A stretch of DNA of 54,700 nt, taken from NCBI GenBank assembly GCA_026395895.1, contig JAPLXV010000021.1, positions 1-54,700 of the forward strand, in the 5' to 3' direction. The notes below the pieces were generated by a model, which searched no databases, was not told the DNA's origin, and saw nothing but the letters and a program-made list of their open reading frames with translations. Position numbers and translations under genes: made by a program. Shown here piece after piece: positions 47,167 through 54,700 of this stretch. Source of the DNA: Candidatus Nomurabacteria bacterium (lineage in GTDB: Bacteria; Patescibacteriota; Minisyncoccia; Phycocordibacterales; UBA9973). Positions within the stretch are counted from its first letter, which is position 1; each line of letters opens with the position of its first letter.

Positions 47167-48903
47167 TTAGTAAACCTCTTGCTGATAACATTTTTCACAA
47201 TACACAATTTCTGGTCTCTCGGGAGCATAAGAAGTTTCAAATTCATTTTCACAGCCTTCTTTCATACAATGTCTATGCCAAAGTTTTAGAGGATTTCTTT
47301 GTTTTAATCTATTATAGTGTCTACAGTTAGGACAGAGGTGAGGAATGGGTAGATTCATCCTTTGGTAGAACTTTAGTTCATCTGGAATGATTTTGAAGGC
47401 TTCAGTGCATTGTTCATTACAAGTGCCTTGATGTTCGCATTCTATTACTTTGTTGATGATAGAATCATCTACTTCTTTGATATCTAAGAGTATATTCTCT
47501 GTTTTGATGTCTATTTGATAGTTTCTTTCTTCTTTCTCTTTCCATTTATAACCTTGTTTTAAAGCTTCTTCTTTGGTTAATGGAAAGTATTCTTGAGCTA
47601 TGGTTTCGTTGTAACAAAAGGGACTTAATTCTGGAGGAAAGAACTCTCCGTATTTGTATATTCTACCTTTACTATCTATATAGGGCATATCATTCATGTG
47701 CTTGATGATTTTGGGGACCAAGGCCCCATACTCTTCCTTGGTGTATTGTTTGTTTAGGATGCAGTAGGATTTGTTTTTTAGGCCAACACAGGCAAATAAA
47801 TCATGAGAAGAAATACAATTATATGAATAAAAAATCCTATTACTTCCTTTTATAAAATTACTAAAATAATAATCAGCATTTTCGTTAGATTCAAAGCCTA
47901 TAGCAATGGTTTCATAAACTCTTTCAGCGGTAGGCATACCATAATTATCATATGAATCTTTTACTCCTAAAACAACATAATGGGTATATTTACAATTCTC
48001 CGACCCTGTTCCAAAAATATCAAAACAATTGTTACAATTTCTAGTGTTTAAAAGATTATCCCCAGATGAATTTTGGGTATTTATTAAGTTTGCATATTTG
48101 TGAATTGACTTTTCGTAAAAATCTTCAAATTTTAATTTAAATTTTTGAAGATTCTCGAATTTATCTAAATTAAATTCCCTAATCTTTTCTAAATATTCTT
48201 CTCTCTTATATTGTTCATTCCAAATGCAATAACTTTTATTTCTTAAATTAGTGCAACCAAAACAGTTCAAGCAATTTCTGCAGTCATATAAAAACATAGA
48301 GTCGCTGCAATTCACACATTGTTTACTAAAAATTAACTTAAAAGAACCTTCACATTCTATATTTTCATAACAAAGCTCCAACTTATCTCCACTGAAAATA
48401 TCCATCGACTCTTTGCAAAAAGAAGCATTTTTGGCATATAAAACTCGCTCATCATCTTTACCCCCAAAACAAAGATAACAATCCTTGTTATTAGCAGTGT
48501 AATTACAATAATCAGAATTCATTTGTCTGCCTCCAGAAAATAAACTAATCACTGGAACTTTTTTAAATAAAGACTGAAATTGTTCAAAAAATAATTTAGA
48601 AAATTCATAATCTATTCCACTAGTCATCGGATTCCAATCATCGCCCCACCAGCATTCATAACAATAAACATCATGAGGAAAACTAGAGTTATACATAGAG
48701 ATAATATTTTTACCACAATTAGTGCATTGTCTTTTATAAAAAGTCCTTTCATTTCTCCATATTAACCTTCTTACCAACCTGCATTCCGAACAAAAGGTCG
48801 GTGAAGGAACTTTCATTTTTTCATAAAATTTTAAATCATCTGGCTCGATTGTGAAGTCTTTTTTACAGTTTTGACATGTTCTGTTTTCGCTGACATTATT
48901 CAT
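47167..48903 (-). CDS. Cys-rich zinc-ribbon/repeat protein, paralog 2
   Basis: Same N- and C-terminal motifs as 3128. Confidence 0.85.
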   Translation of the reverse strand: MNNVSENRTCQNCKKDFTIEPDDLKFYEKMKVPSPTFCSECRLVRRLIWRNERTFYKRQCTNCGKNIISMYNSSFPHDVYCYECWWGDDWNPMTSGIDYEFSKLFFEQFQSLFKKVPVISLFSGGRQMNSDYCNYTANNKDCYLCFGGKDDERVLYAKNASFCKESMDIFSGDKLELCYENIECEGSFKLIFSKQCVNCSDSMFLYDCRNCLNCFGCTNLRNKSYCIWNEQYKREEYLEKIREFNLDKFENLQKFKLKFEDFYEKSIHKYANLINTQNSSGDNLLNTRNCNNCFDIFGTGSENCKYTHYVVLGVKDSYDNYGMPTAERVYETIAIGFESNENADYYFSNFIKGSNRIFYSYNCISSHDLFACVGLKNKSYCILNKQYTKEEYGALVPKIIKHMNDMPYIDSKGRIYKYGEFFPPELSPFCYNETIAQEYFPLTKEEALKQGYKWKEKEERNYQIDIKTENILLDIKEVDDSIINKVIECEHQGTCNEQCTEAFKIIPDELKFYQRMNLPIPHLCPNCRHYNRLKQRNPLKLWHRHCMKEGCENEFETSYAPERPEIVYCEKCYQQEVY

Positions 48904-48917
48904 AATTTTGACTCCTC

Positions 48918-48955
48918 AAGGCCTTACCTTTGGGCTCTTTTTAAGGCAAGGCCTT
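48918..48955. repeat. REP-like inverted doublet
   Basis: aaggccttacctt..aaggcaaggcctt. Confidence 0.5.
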
Positions 48956-48964
48956 TTCCCGCCA

Positions 48965-50059
48965 TTATATCCCCTCTTTTTTAAGCTGTTCAAAAAGTTC
49001 GCGGGATTTACGAGAAACTTTGGAAGGAAGTTTTATTTTGAGTTTAATTAACAAATCGCCACGTTTGTTTTTAGAAAAAGGAACGCCTTTTCCTTTGACT
49101 CGAAGAATTTCGTTAATGGACACCCCTTCCGGAATCTTGACGCTTATTTGTCCGTCTAACGTTTGAATAGGATATTCCGTGCCCAAAAGAGCATCAGAAA
49201 GTCTCAAATCCAAATTCATTACTAAATCATTGCCCTCTCTTTTAAATATCGCATGCGAAGCAACATTTACTTTTATATATAAATCGCCAGCTGTTCCTTT
49301 TGTAATTGCTTCACCACCTCCTGTCATGCGAATCATTTCTCCATCTCGCATACCAGCTGGAATATTTATAGAAATCTCTTCTTCACGACGCAATACTCCT
49401 TTACCTTTACAATTTTCACATTTTTCTTTTGGCACTTCTCCGGAACCTAAACATTCCTCACAAATTTTTGTGCTAGAAATAGTTCCAAGAATTGTCCTTT
49501 TAGCTTCGCGAATTTTTCCTTGACCATTACAATATTTACAGGTTTCCATTTTGGTTCCAGGTTTTGCTCCGGTTCCACTACAAGTAGCACAATTTGATGT
49601 TTTGGTAATTAAAACTTTTCTGCTAGTACCAAAAACAGATTCAGAAAAAGAAATCTGTATTTCAGTAGAAATATCGCGTCCACGTCTGGCTTGGGTTCTT
49701 CCCCCTCCCATTCCGCCGGTAAAGAAATCACTAAAGATATCATTCAAATTTCCAAAATCAAAATCTGCACTGCCATTTTGAAAACCAGAGAAGTCAAACC
49801 CTTCAAATCCTCCTTGTCTAAAACCTCCATATCCTTGCCCTTGTCTCATGTTTTCAAAACCAGATCCAAACTGATCGTATTTTGAACGTTTAGAATCATC
49901 CGAAAGCACCTGGTAAGCTTCATTCACTTCTTTGAATTTAGTTTCATTTCCCTCTTTTTTGTCAGGATGATATTTGTGCGCCAACTTATAAAAAGCCTTC
50001 TTTATTTCATCTTTAGAGGCACCTTTATTAACGCCCAAAACATTATAATAATCTTTCAT
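48965..50059 (-). CDS. dnaJ: Chaperone DnaJ
   Basis: J domain HPD, G/F-rich linker, four CxxCxGxG motifs. Confidence 0.96.
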   Translation of the reverse strand: MKDYYNVLGVNKGASKDEIKKAFYKLAHKYHPDKKEGNETKFKEVNEAYQVLSDDSKRSKYDQFGSGFENMRQGQGYGGFRQGGFEGFDFSGFQNGSADFDFGNLNDIFSDFFTGGMGGGRTQARRGRDISTEIQISFSESVFGTSRKVLITKTSNCATCSGTGAKPGTKMETCKYCNGQGKIREAKRTILGTISSTKICEECLGSGEVPKEKCENCKGKGVLRREEEISINIPAGMRDGEMIRMTGGGEAITKGTAGDLYIKVNVASHAIFKREGNDLVMNLDLRLSDALLGTEYPIQTLDGQISVKIPEGVSINEILRVKGKGVPFSKNKRGDLLIKLKIKLPSKVSRKSRELFEQLKKEGI

Positions 50060-50095
50060 AGATTTTTAAAGAGTAAAACGATTATAAAAATCATG

Positions 50096-50151
50096 ACCCT
50101 GTTAAATGCCCTTAGGCAATTTTTGCAAAAGCAAAAATTATTTAACAGGGT
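50096..50151. repeat. Branched palindromic element, copy 2 (inverted relative to 10463)
   Basis: accctgttaaatgcc-ctta-ggcaatttttgc-aaaa-gcaaaaattatttaacagggt. Confidence 0.85.
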
Positions 50152-50187
50152 AATGAAAACCATAGTCGCCCTGCTCCTTGGTTTTCA

Positions 50188-51708
50188 TTATATCATAGGT
50201 TCGGCTTCTCCAGAAGTTTTACCTTTTGTTTTTGTTTCAGAAACTTCTTTCGCTCCTGTTTCTTCTCCCTCTTTTTCTTCAGCCTCTTCTTTATCTTTCT
50301 TTTTTCCCTTTCCTTCAATTATTGCTTTCTCTTCTGCACTTCTAATAATTGTAGCCTCCTCTTCTTCTATTAGTTTTTGAGCATCACCTTTTGGTATTGA
50401 ATATTTCCTGCGAGATGCGTCTAAGATTTCTTGACGATATGATTGATGGGTTGGAGGAAGAACTCGAAGAGTCTCTGCTGAAAATGGGTCATAAGATTCT
50501 CCATCAATAGTCATTTTAATATAAAATTCTGCCACGGCAAGGTTAATCATGTCCTTCACACCGAATAAAGGTTCAAACTCTGGTTTTAATTTAACTGCAT
50601 CTTCCCCACCCACTCTAAAACAAATCAAACTTCCTGTGTTTCCTAGCACCGCATGTTGCACTTGTGGAATAAGTTGGCCGATGTATTGGTGCGCTATCGT
50701 CAAATTAAGAGCATATTTTCTAGCTTCTGATAAAATATTTTCAAATGTTTGAGTAACGATATTATGAAACTCGTCTATGTATAAATAAAAATCTCTACGT
50801 TCTTCTTCTGGAATACTGGCCCGCTCCATTCCTGCCTGTTTTATTTTAGTTAAGAACATGGAACCGAAAAAACTGGAATTTTCTTCCCCGATACGCCCTT
50901 TGGAAAGGTTGATAAAAATTATTTTTCCCTGATTCATTAAATCACTGATATCAATTTTATTTTGTTTTTGACCGAAGATATTTCGCAGTAATGGATCGGA
51001 CAAAAATTGTCCAAGTTTATTAACCAATGGAATGATGGCGTCCGTATCAAATTTTTCAGACCAATCCGCAAATTCAATAGCGAAGAATCTTTTAACCATG
51101 TCATCGGTAATATATTCCACCACTTTTTGTCTGTAATTTCTGTCTGTCAACATTGAGATCATCCCGCGCATGGTAGCGTGCGGATAATCCAACAAAGCCA
51201 AGCAGGTAAAACGAAAAACGTGTTCCAAGCGGGGCGTCCAGTTGGCCCCGAATTGTTTCTGTAAAACTTCAATCAACCCTTGAGTTAATTGAAATTTAAA
51301 CATCGGGTCCACATTAGCAAGTGGATTGAAAGACGCCGGAAAATCAACATCACCCGGATCTATTACACAAACATCCTCTATGCGTTCCTTTGGTATAAAA
51401 TCAAGCATGGCTTCGATAACATCGCCGTGCGGATCAATAAAACATAAACCATGATTATAGGTCACATCTTGACGCATTAAAAGTTCCAATAATTTACTTT
51501 TTCCAACTCCGGATTTTCCGACAATATAAAGATGTCGTCTGCGGTCTATTCGCTTGATACCGAAAATAAATTTTTTCTCCTCCAGAGAAGCAACATAATT
51601 CGTGCGTCCAATAAAAGAAACCTCTTCGGGTTTCACTTTTCCAAACACCGGCAATTCTGGTGGCGGTGGTCCATATTTGATTATTTGCACTCGATTCTGT
51701 CTTAGCAT
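50188..51708 (-). CDS. VirD4/TraG-HerA-like ATPase
   Basis: DRRRH.Y..GKSGVGKS, IDPHGD, YIDEFH, LSEARKY.L.L..AHQY. Confidence 0.85.
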   Translation of the reverse strand: MLRQNRVQIIKYGPPPPELPVFGKVKPEEVSFIGRTNYVASLEEKKFIFGIKRIDRRRHLYIVGKSGVGKSKLLELLMRQDVTYNHGLCFIDPHGDVIEAMLDFIPKERIEDVCVIDPGDVDFPASFNPLANVDPMFKFQLTQGLIEVLQKQFGANWTPRLEHVFRFTCLALLDYPHATMRGMISMLTDRNYRQKVVEYITDDMVKRFFAIEFADWSEKFDTDAIIPLVNKLGQFLSDPLLRNIFGQKQNKIDISDLMNQGKIIFINLSKGRIGEENSSFFGSMFLTKIKQAGMERASIPEEERRDFYLYIDEFHNIVTQTFENILSEARKYALNLTIAHQYIGQLIPQVQHAVLGNTGSLICFRVGGEDAVKLKPEFEPLFGVKDMINLAVAEFYIKMTIDGESYDPFSAETLRVLPPTHQSYRQEILDASRRKYSIPKGDAQKLIEEEEATIIRSAEEKAIIEGKGKKKDKEEAEEKEGEETGAKEVSETKTKGKTSGEAEPMI

Positions 51709-51739
51709 ATATCATTATTCTAACATATTTTTTGTTTTA

Positions 51740-51826
51740 ATTCCCTTCTTGAGGGGTGGCTCGCTTACGAGACGGGGTGGAAAATTTATCCACCTCCCCC
51801 TAAGGGTTACTCCTCAAGAGGAGAAT
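51740..51826. repeat. Multi-branched palindromic element
   Basis: Outer tcttgagg/cctcaaga; inner ctcg/cgag, ggtgga/tccacc, ccc/ggg. Confidence 0.6.
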
Positions 51827-51830
51827 AATG

Positions 51831-53582
51831 CTAGTAAACTTCTTTATTATAACAATTTTCACAGTAAATTGTTTCCGGTCTATTGGGAGGGTAAGCAGTT
51901 TCAAATTCATTTTGACATTTTCCATTGTGCTCATGATTTAATTTATCACACATACAAACCCTGTGCCACAATTTCATCGGATTGCGTTTTCTTAATCGAG
52001 CTTCATGACGACAAATAAAACAAAGACATGGTAATGGAACTCCTAATTGTCTATATAAATTAAGCTCATTTTCTGTTATTTTATATGCTCCTAAACAGCG
52101 TTCCTGACATTTTCCTTTATGCAAGCAACCTATGATTTCTCCCGTAATAGAATTGGATACATCTTTTAAATCATCTGGCAAATCTTCGGCTTGCATAGTT
52201 GTTACATATTCGCTTACTTTTTTGTCTCTCCATCGATATCCTTTTTTTAATGCCTCTTCCTTGGTTATGGGAAAATAATCTAGAGCCACTGTTTCATTAT
52301 AGGCAAAGGTAGATAGTTCAACTGGAAAAAATTCTCCATATTTGTAAATAATTCCCCTCTTGTCTACATAAGGCATATCCATCATATGTTTAATAATTTT
52401 TGTCCTGAGTTCATCGAAGGATTCTTTAATATATTGTTTATTTAAAATACAATATTTTTTGCTTCTTAGCCCGATACATCCAAATAAATCGGAACAGCCG
52501 TGGCAATTGAAAGAATACTCTATATTGTGAGAACTATAAACCACACTGGTAAATAAATTGCGATAATTTCCTATTCCTGTATCAAATACTTCATACATCA
52601 TTTCCCCTTCTCCTACTCCGGGACCAGAATCGTATAAATCTTTCGCCTGAAGAGCTATCCAATGGGAATATTTGCAGTCATCAATACGCGTTCCCGTCGC
52701 ATCAAAACAAATTTTGCAATTTTTTACTCCATCCAAATTGTCACCGGTTGAATTCACTATTTTTGAATGATTCATATAACGGTGTATCGATTTAAAGTAA
52801 AGTTCGTCAAACTTTTCTTTCAATTTTGAAACAGTTTCATAACTTTTTAAATTTATTTCTGCCAAACGACTGAGATATTCATCTCTCCCGAGTTGTTCAT
52901 TCCACATGCAATATGATTTATTGCGAAGATTAGTACAGCCAAAACAATCTATACAACCATGGCAATCATATAAAAAATATGAATCTACACAACTTTTGCA
53001 ATTGAAAGAATATAAAGTGTGATAGCAGTCCGAACAGAATAATGATTCATAACAAAGCTCGCAACGATGAGCAACATAAAGATCAGAACAATCTTTGGTG
53101 TACGATATTCTGTTTGAATAAAATGTTCGATCGATGCGCCAAGACCCAGAACACAGATAGCTGTCTTTGCTCCCTTCGGCTACATTACAATAATCACTAT
53201 TGGTAGCTTTTATATTTGAAAGACATTGAATTGGAACACTATTTCGGAGTTCTTTCCATTGTTCAAAAAAGGGCTTCGAAAAATCATATGGTTTACCGTA
53301 AGAAAGAGGATTCCATTCGTCTCCCCACCAATATTGGGAATCGCATACATTAAGTTTTTCGTCCGGATGAATGAAAGAAATCAGAATTTCATCGTGACCT
53401 GAAACATTACACTTTCTTCTAAAAAAAGACATCTCGTTTCGCCAACATAAGCGTCGAACAGTCCGACATTCTGGGCAGAATGTCGGCGCAGGTACTTTTA
53501 TTTTTTCGTAGAAAGAAAAATCCTCAGTTTCTATAGTGAAGTCTTTTTTACAATTTTGACATTGTCTGACTTCGTTTTTCAT
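51831..53582 (-). CDS. Cys-rich zinc-ribbon/repeat protein, paralog 3
   Basis: Same terminal motifs as 3128 and 47167. Confidence 0.85.
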   Translation of the reverse strand: MKNEVRQCQNCKKDFTIETEDFSFYEKIKVPAPTFCPECRTVRRLCWRNEMSFFRRKCNVSGHDEILISFIHPDEKLNVCDSQYWWGDEWNPLSYGKPYDFSKPFFEQWKELRNSVPIQCLSNIKATNSDYCNVAEGSKDSYLCSGSWRIDRTFYSNRISYTKDCSDLYVAHRCELCYESLFCSDCYHTLYSFNCKSCVDSYFLYDCHGCIDCFGCTNLRNKSYCMWNEQLGRDEYLSRLAEINLKSYETVSKLKEKFDELYFKSIHRYMNHSKIVNSTGDNLDGVKNCKICFDATGTRIDDCKYSHWIALQAKDLYDSGPGVGEGEMMYEVFDTGIGNYRNLFTSVVYSSHNIEYSFNCHGCSDLFGCIGLRSKKYCILNKQYIKESFDELRTKIIKHMMDMPYVDKRGIIYKYGEFFPVELSTFAYNETVALDYFPITKEEALKKGYRWRDKKVSEYVTTMQAEDLPDDLKDVSNSITGEIIGCLHKGKCQERCLGAYKITENELNLYRQLGVPLPCLCFICRHEARLRKRNPMKLWHRVCMCDKLNHEHNGKCQNEFETAYPPNRPETIYCENCYNKEVY

Positions 53583-53587
53583 TTTTT

Positions 53588-54700
53588 TTATTCCAGAATT
53601 TTTCTCAAAACATCTTCTGGAACTTCTTTTGTTTTATTTTCCGGAGCTTTTTGCGAAATTAAATCTTTCAACTTATCCATATCTTCTTTGCTGGCAGATC
53701 TATCTTTTAATGTGGTATTTGGTGAAGGCTTTGGATTTTTTAACTCATTTAAAGATATGGCTGGTTGGACCTCACCCCTTGCTTTCCCCTCTCCTTGATA
53801 AGGAGAGGGGTTGGGGAGAGGTGAATTTGTTTCTTTTTTTTCTTCATTTAACGTTTTATTTAAAATCTCCCTTAAAGCTGTATTATCTCTAGGTTTTTCT
53901 GTCGAAACAGAACTTTTTGTAAAAACTTTTTTAATTGTTGAAAATATTTTTGGACCCGAAGATGGAATATTTTTTTGAATTGAAGTTTGAACTGGGATTT
54001 TTTTATCAAAACTTTGAGGTTTATCAATTCTTTCCGGATATCTTTCTGTCTCCCCGTTTCCATCTTTTTGTTTAAATTCTATACCTAAATCTGCCAAAGG
54101 TTTGTAAAATAGAGTTTCATCTTGTTTAATTTGTTTTATGGATCCGGCAATGGGTTTTATTTCTCCAGATTTTATCTTAGCAATACAATCTTTACAATAA
54201 ACTGCTCTGCCTAGTTCTGGTTTAAAAGGTACGGTTGTATCTTTTTTACATATATCACATGTGGTTGGAAATCTTTCCACTCCGCCGATATTGCTGTCAT
54301 CGCTCCAATCATTTATCTCTCGTTCTACCACTTCTCTTGATCTGCAATATAAAGCGCGAGAAGAATTAATAACTTCTTCCTCCACTTTTTTATTTCCGGA
54401 TTTAACCATAGGCGGAATAGTTTTAGCGGAAAAAGGGCGAGAAGACACTCCATCTATCATTAATTTCAAATAAACTTTAAAGTTCGGTAAATTAACAATA
54501 TCTTGAGGAGTAAATTCCGGCTCGAATTCCTTTTCTAAAAATTCCGCGTCATCTGCACCTACTCTAAAAACTATCATCGTCCCAACGTTTCCAAAAATAG
54601 CATCCCGAACACTTGAATTTTTCTCCGTTACAAGTTGAGCAGTGTATTGATGAGCCACAGTAAGATTTAACCTATATTTTCTAGCCTCAGATAAAATACC
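53588..54700 (-). CDS. Second VirD4/HerA-like ATPase with CxxC-x17-CxxC domain, 5'-truncated by window edge
   Basis: ILSEARKYRLNLTVAHQY, GNVGT...FRVG..DA, SRPFSA; CDIC-x17-CKDC with VPFKP. Confidence 0.82.
   Translation of the reverse strand, partial: GILSEARKYRLNLTVAHQYTAQLVTEKNSSVRDAIFGNVGTMIVFRVGADDAEFLEKEFEPEFTPQDIVNLPNFKVYLKLMIDGVSSRPFSAKTIPPMVKSGNKKVEEEVINSSRALYCRSREVVEREINDWSDDSNIGGVERFPTTCDICKKDTTVPFKPELGRAVYCKDCIAKIKSGEIKPIAGSIKQIKQDETLFYKPLADLGIEFKQKDGNGETERYPERIDKPQSFDKKIPVQTSIQKNIPSSGPKIFSTIKKVFTKSSVSTEKPRDNTALREILNKTLNEEKKETNSPLPNPSPYQGEGKARGEVQPAISLNELKNPKPSPNTTLKDRSASKEDMDKLKDLISQKAPENKTKEVPEDVLRKILE

Noticed and set aside
51740..51826. tRNA-like cloverleaf
   Set aside because: No T-loop GTTCRA, D-loop or 7-bp acceptor geometry; treated as a repeat element.
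1..54700. Alternative genetic code (TGA=Gly, code 25)
   Set aside because: Conserved genes translate fully under code 11, and TGA ends genes at expected positions (e.g. 998, 19254, 26204).
50188..54700. Conjugative element or ICE
   Set aside because: No relaxase, integrase or mating-pair genes; the ATPases sit beside dnaJ in a housekeeping context.

Overview
AT-rich fragment of a bacterial chromosome using genetic code 11 (TGA is a stop). Gene content and style suggest CPR/Patescibacteria, probably Parcubacteria (inference): compact MetK and TrpS, AspS without the GAD domain, three copies of a Cys-rich ~570-aa family, paired VirD4/HerA-like ATPases. The backbone is housekeeping: MacAB-like ABC exporter, PBP2, S41 protease, rplI/rpmA/rplU, gltX-murG-ftsW-mraY-dac-scpAB, pepA, aspS, trpB/trpR/trpS, dnaB-recR, cysS, metK-ahcY-speB and dnaJ. 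An accessory island at ~21.8-26.9 kb carries AbiEi/AbiEii, a MazG-like protein, a GIY-YIG/DUF2075 helicase fused to a LexA-type S24 autopeptidase, and a MerR-HTH/ATPase + STAS pair. Most notable: (1) a YerC/HisR-type repressor whose own His-His-His tail sits in a 1:2/2:3/3:4 attenuator; (2) an unannotated leaderless Trp leader peptide plus a triple-CTAG TrpR operator controlling a solitary trpB; (3) an ArsR-like gene bracketed by three copies of one palindrome; (4) TAnnnT hexamers exactly 6 nt before many start codons, suggesting pervasive leaderless mRNAs; (5) REP/MITE-like hairpins, three of them translated in frame inside proteins; (6) frameshifting deletions of conserved motifs in PBP2, gltX and aspS, probably assembly artefacts. 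No rRNA, tRNA, CRISPR array or transposase was found.
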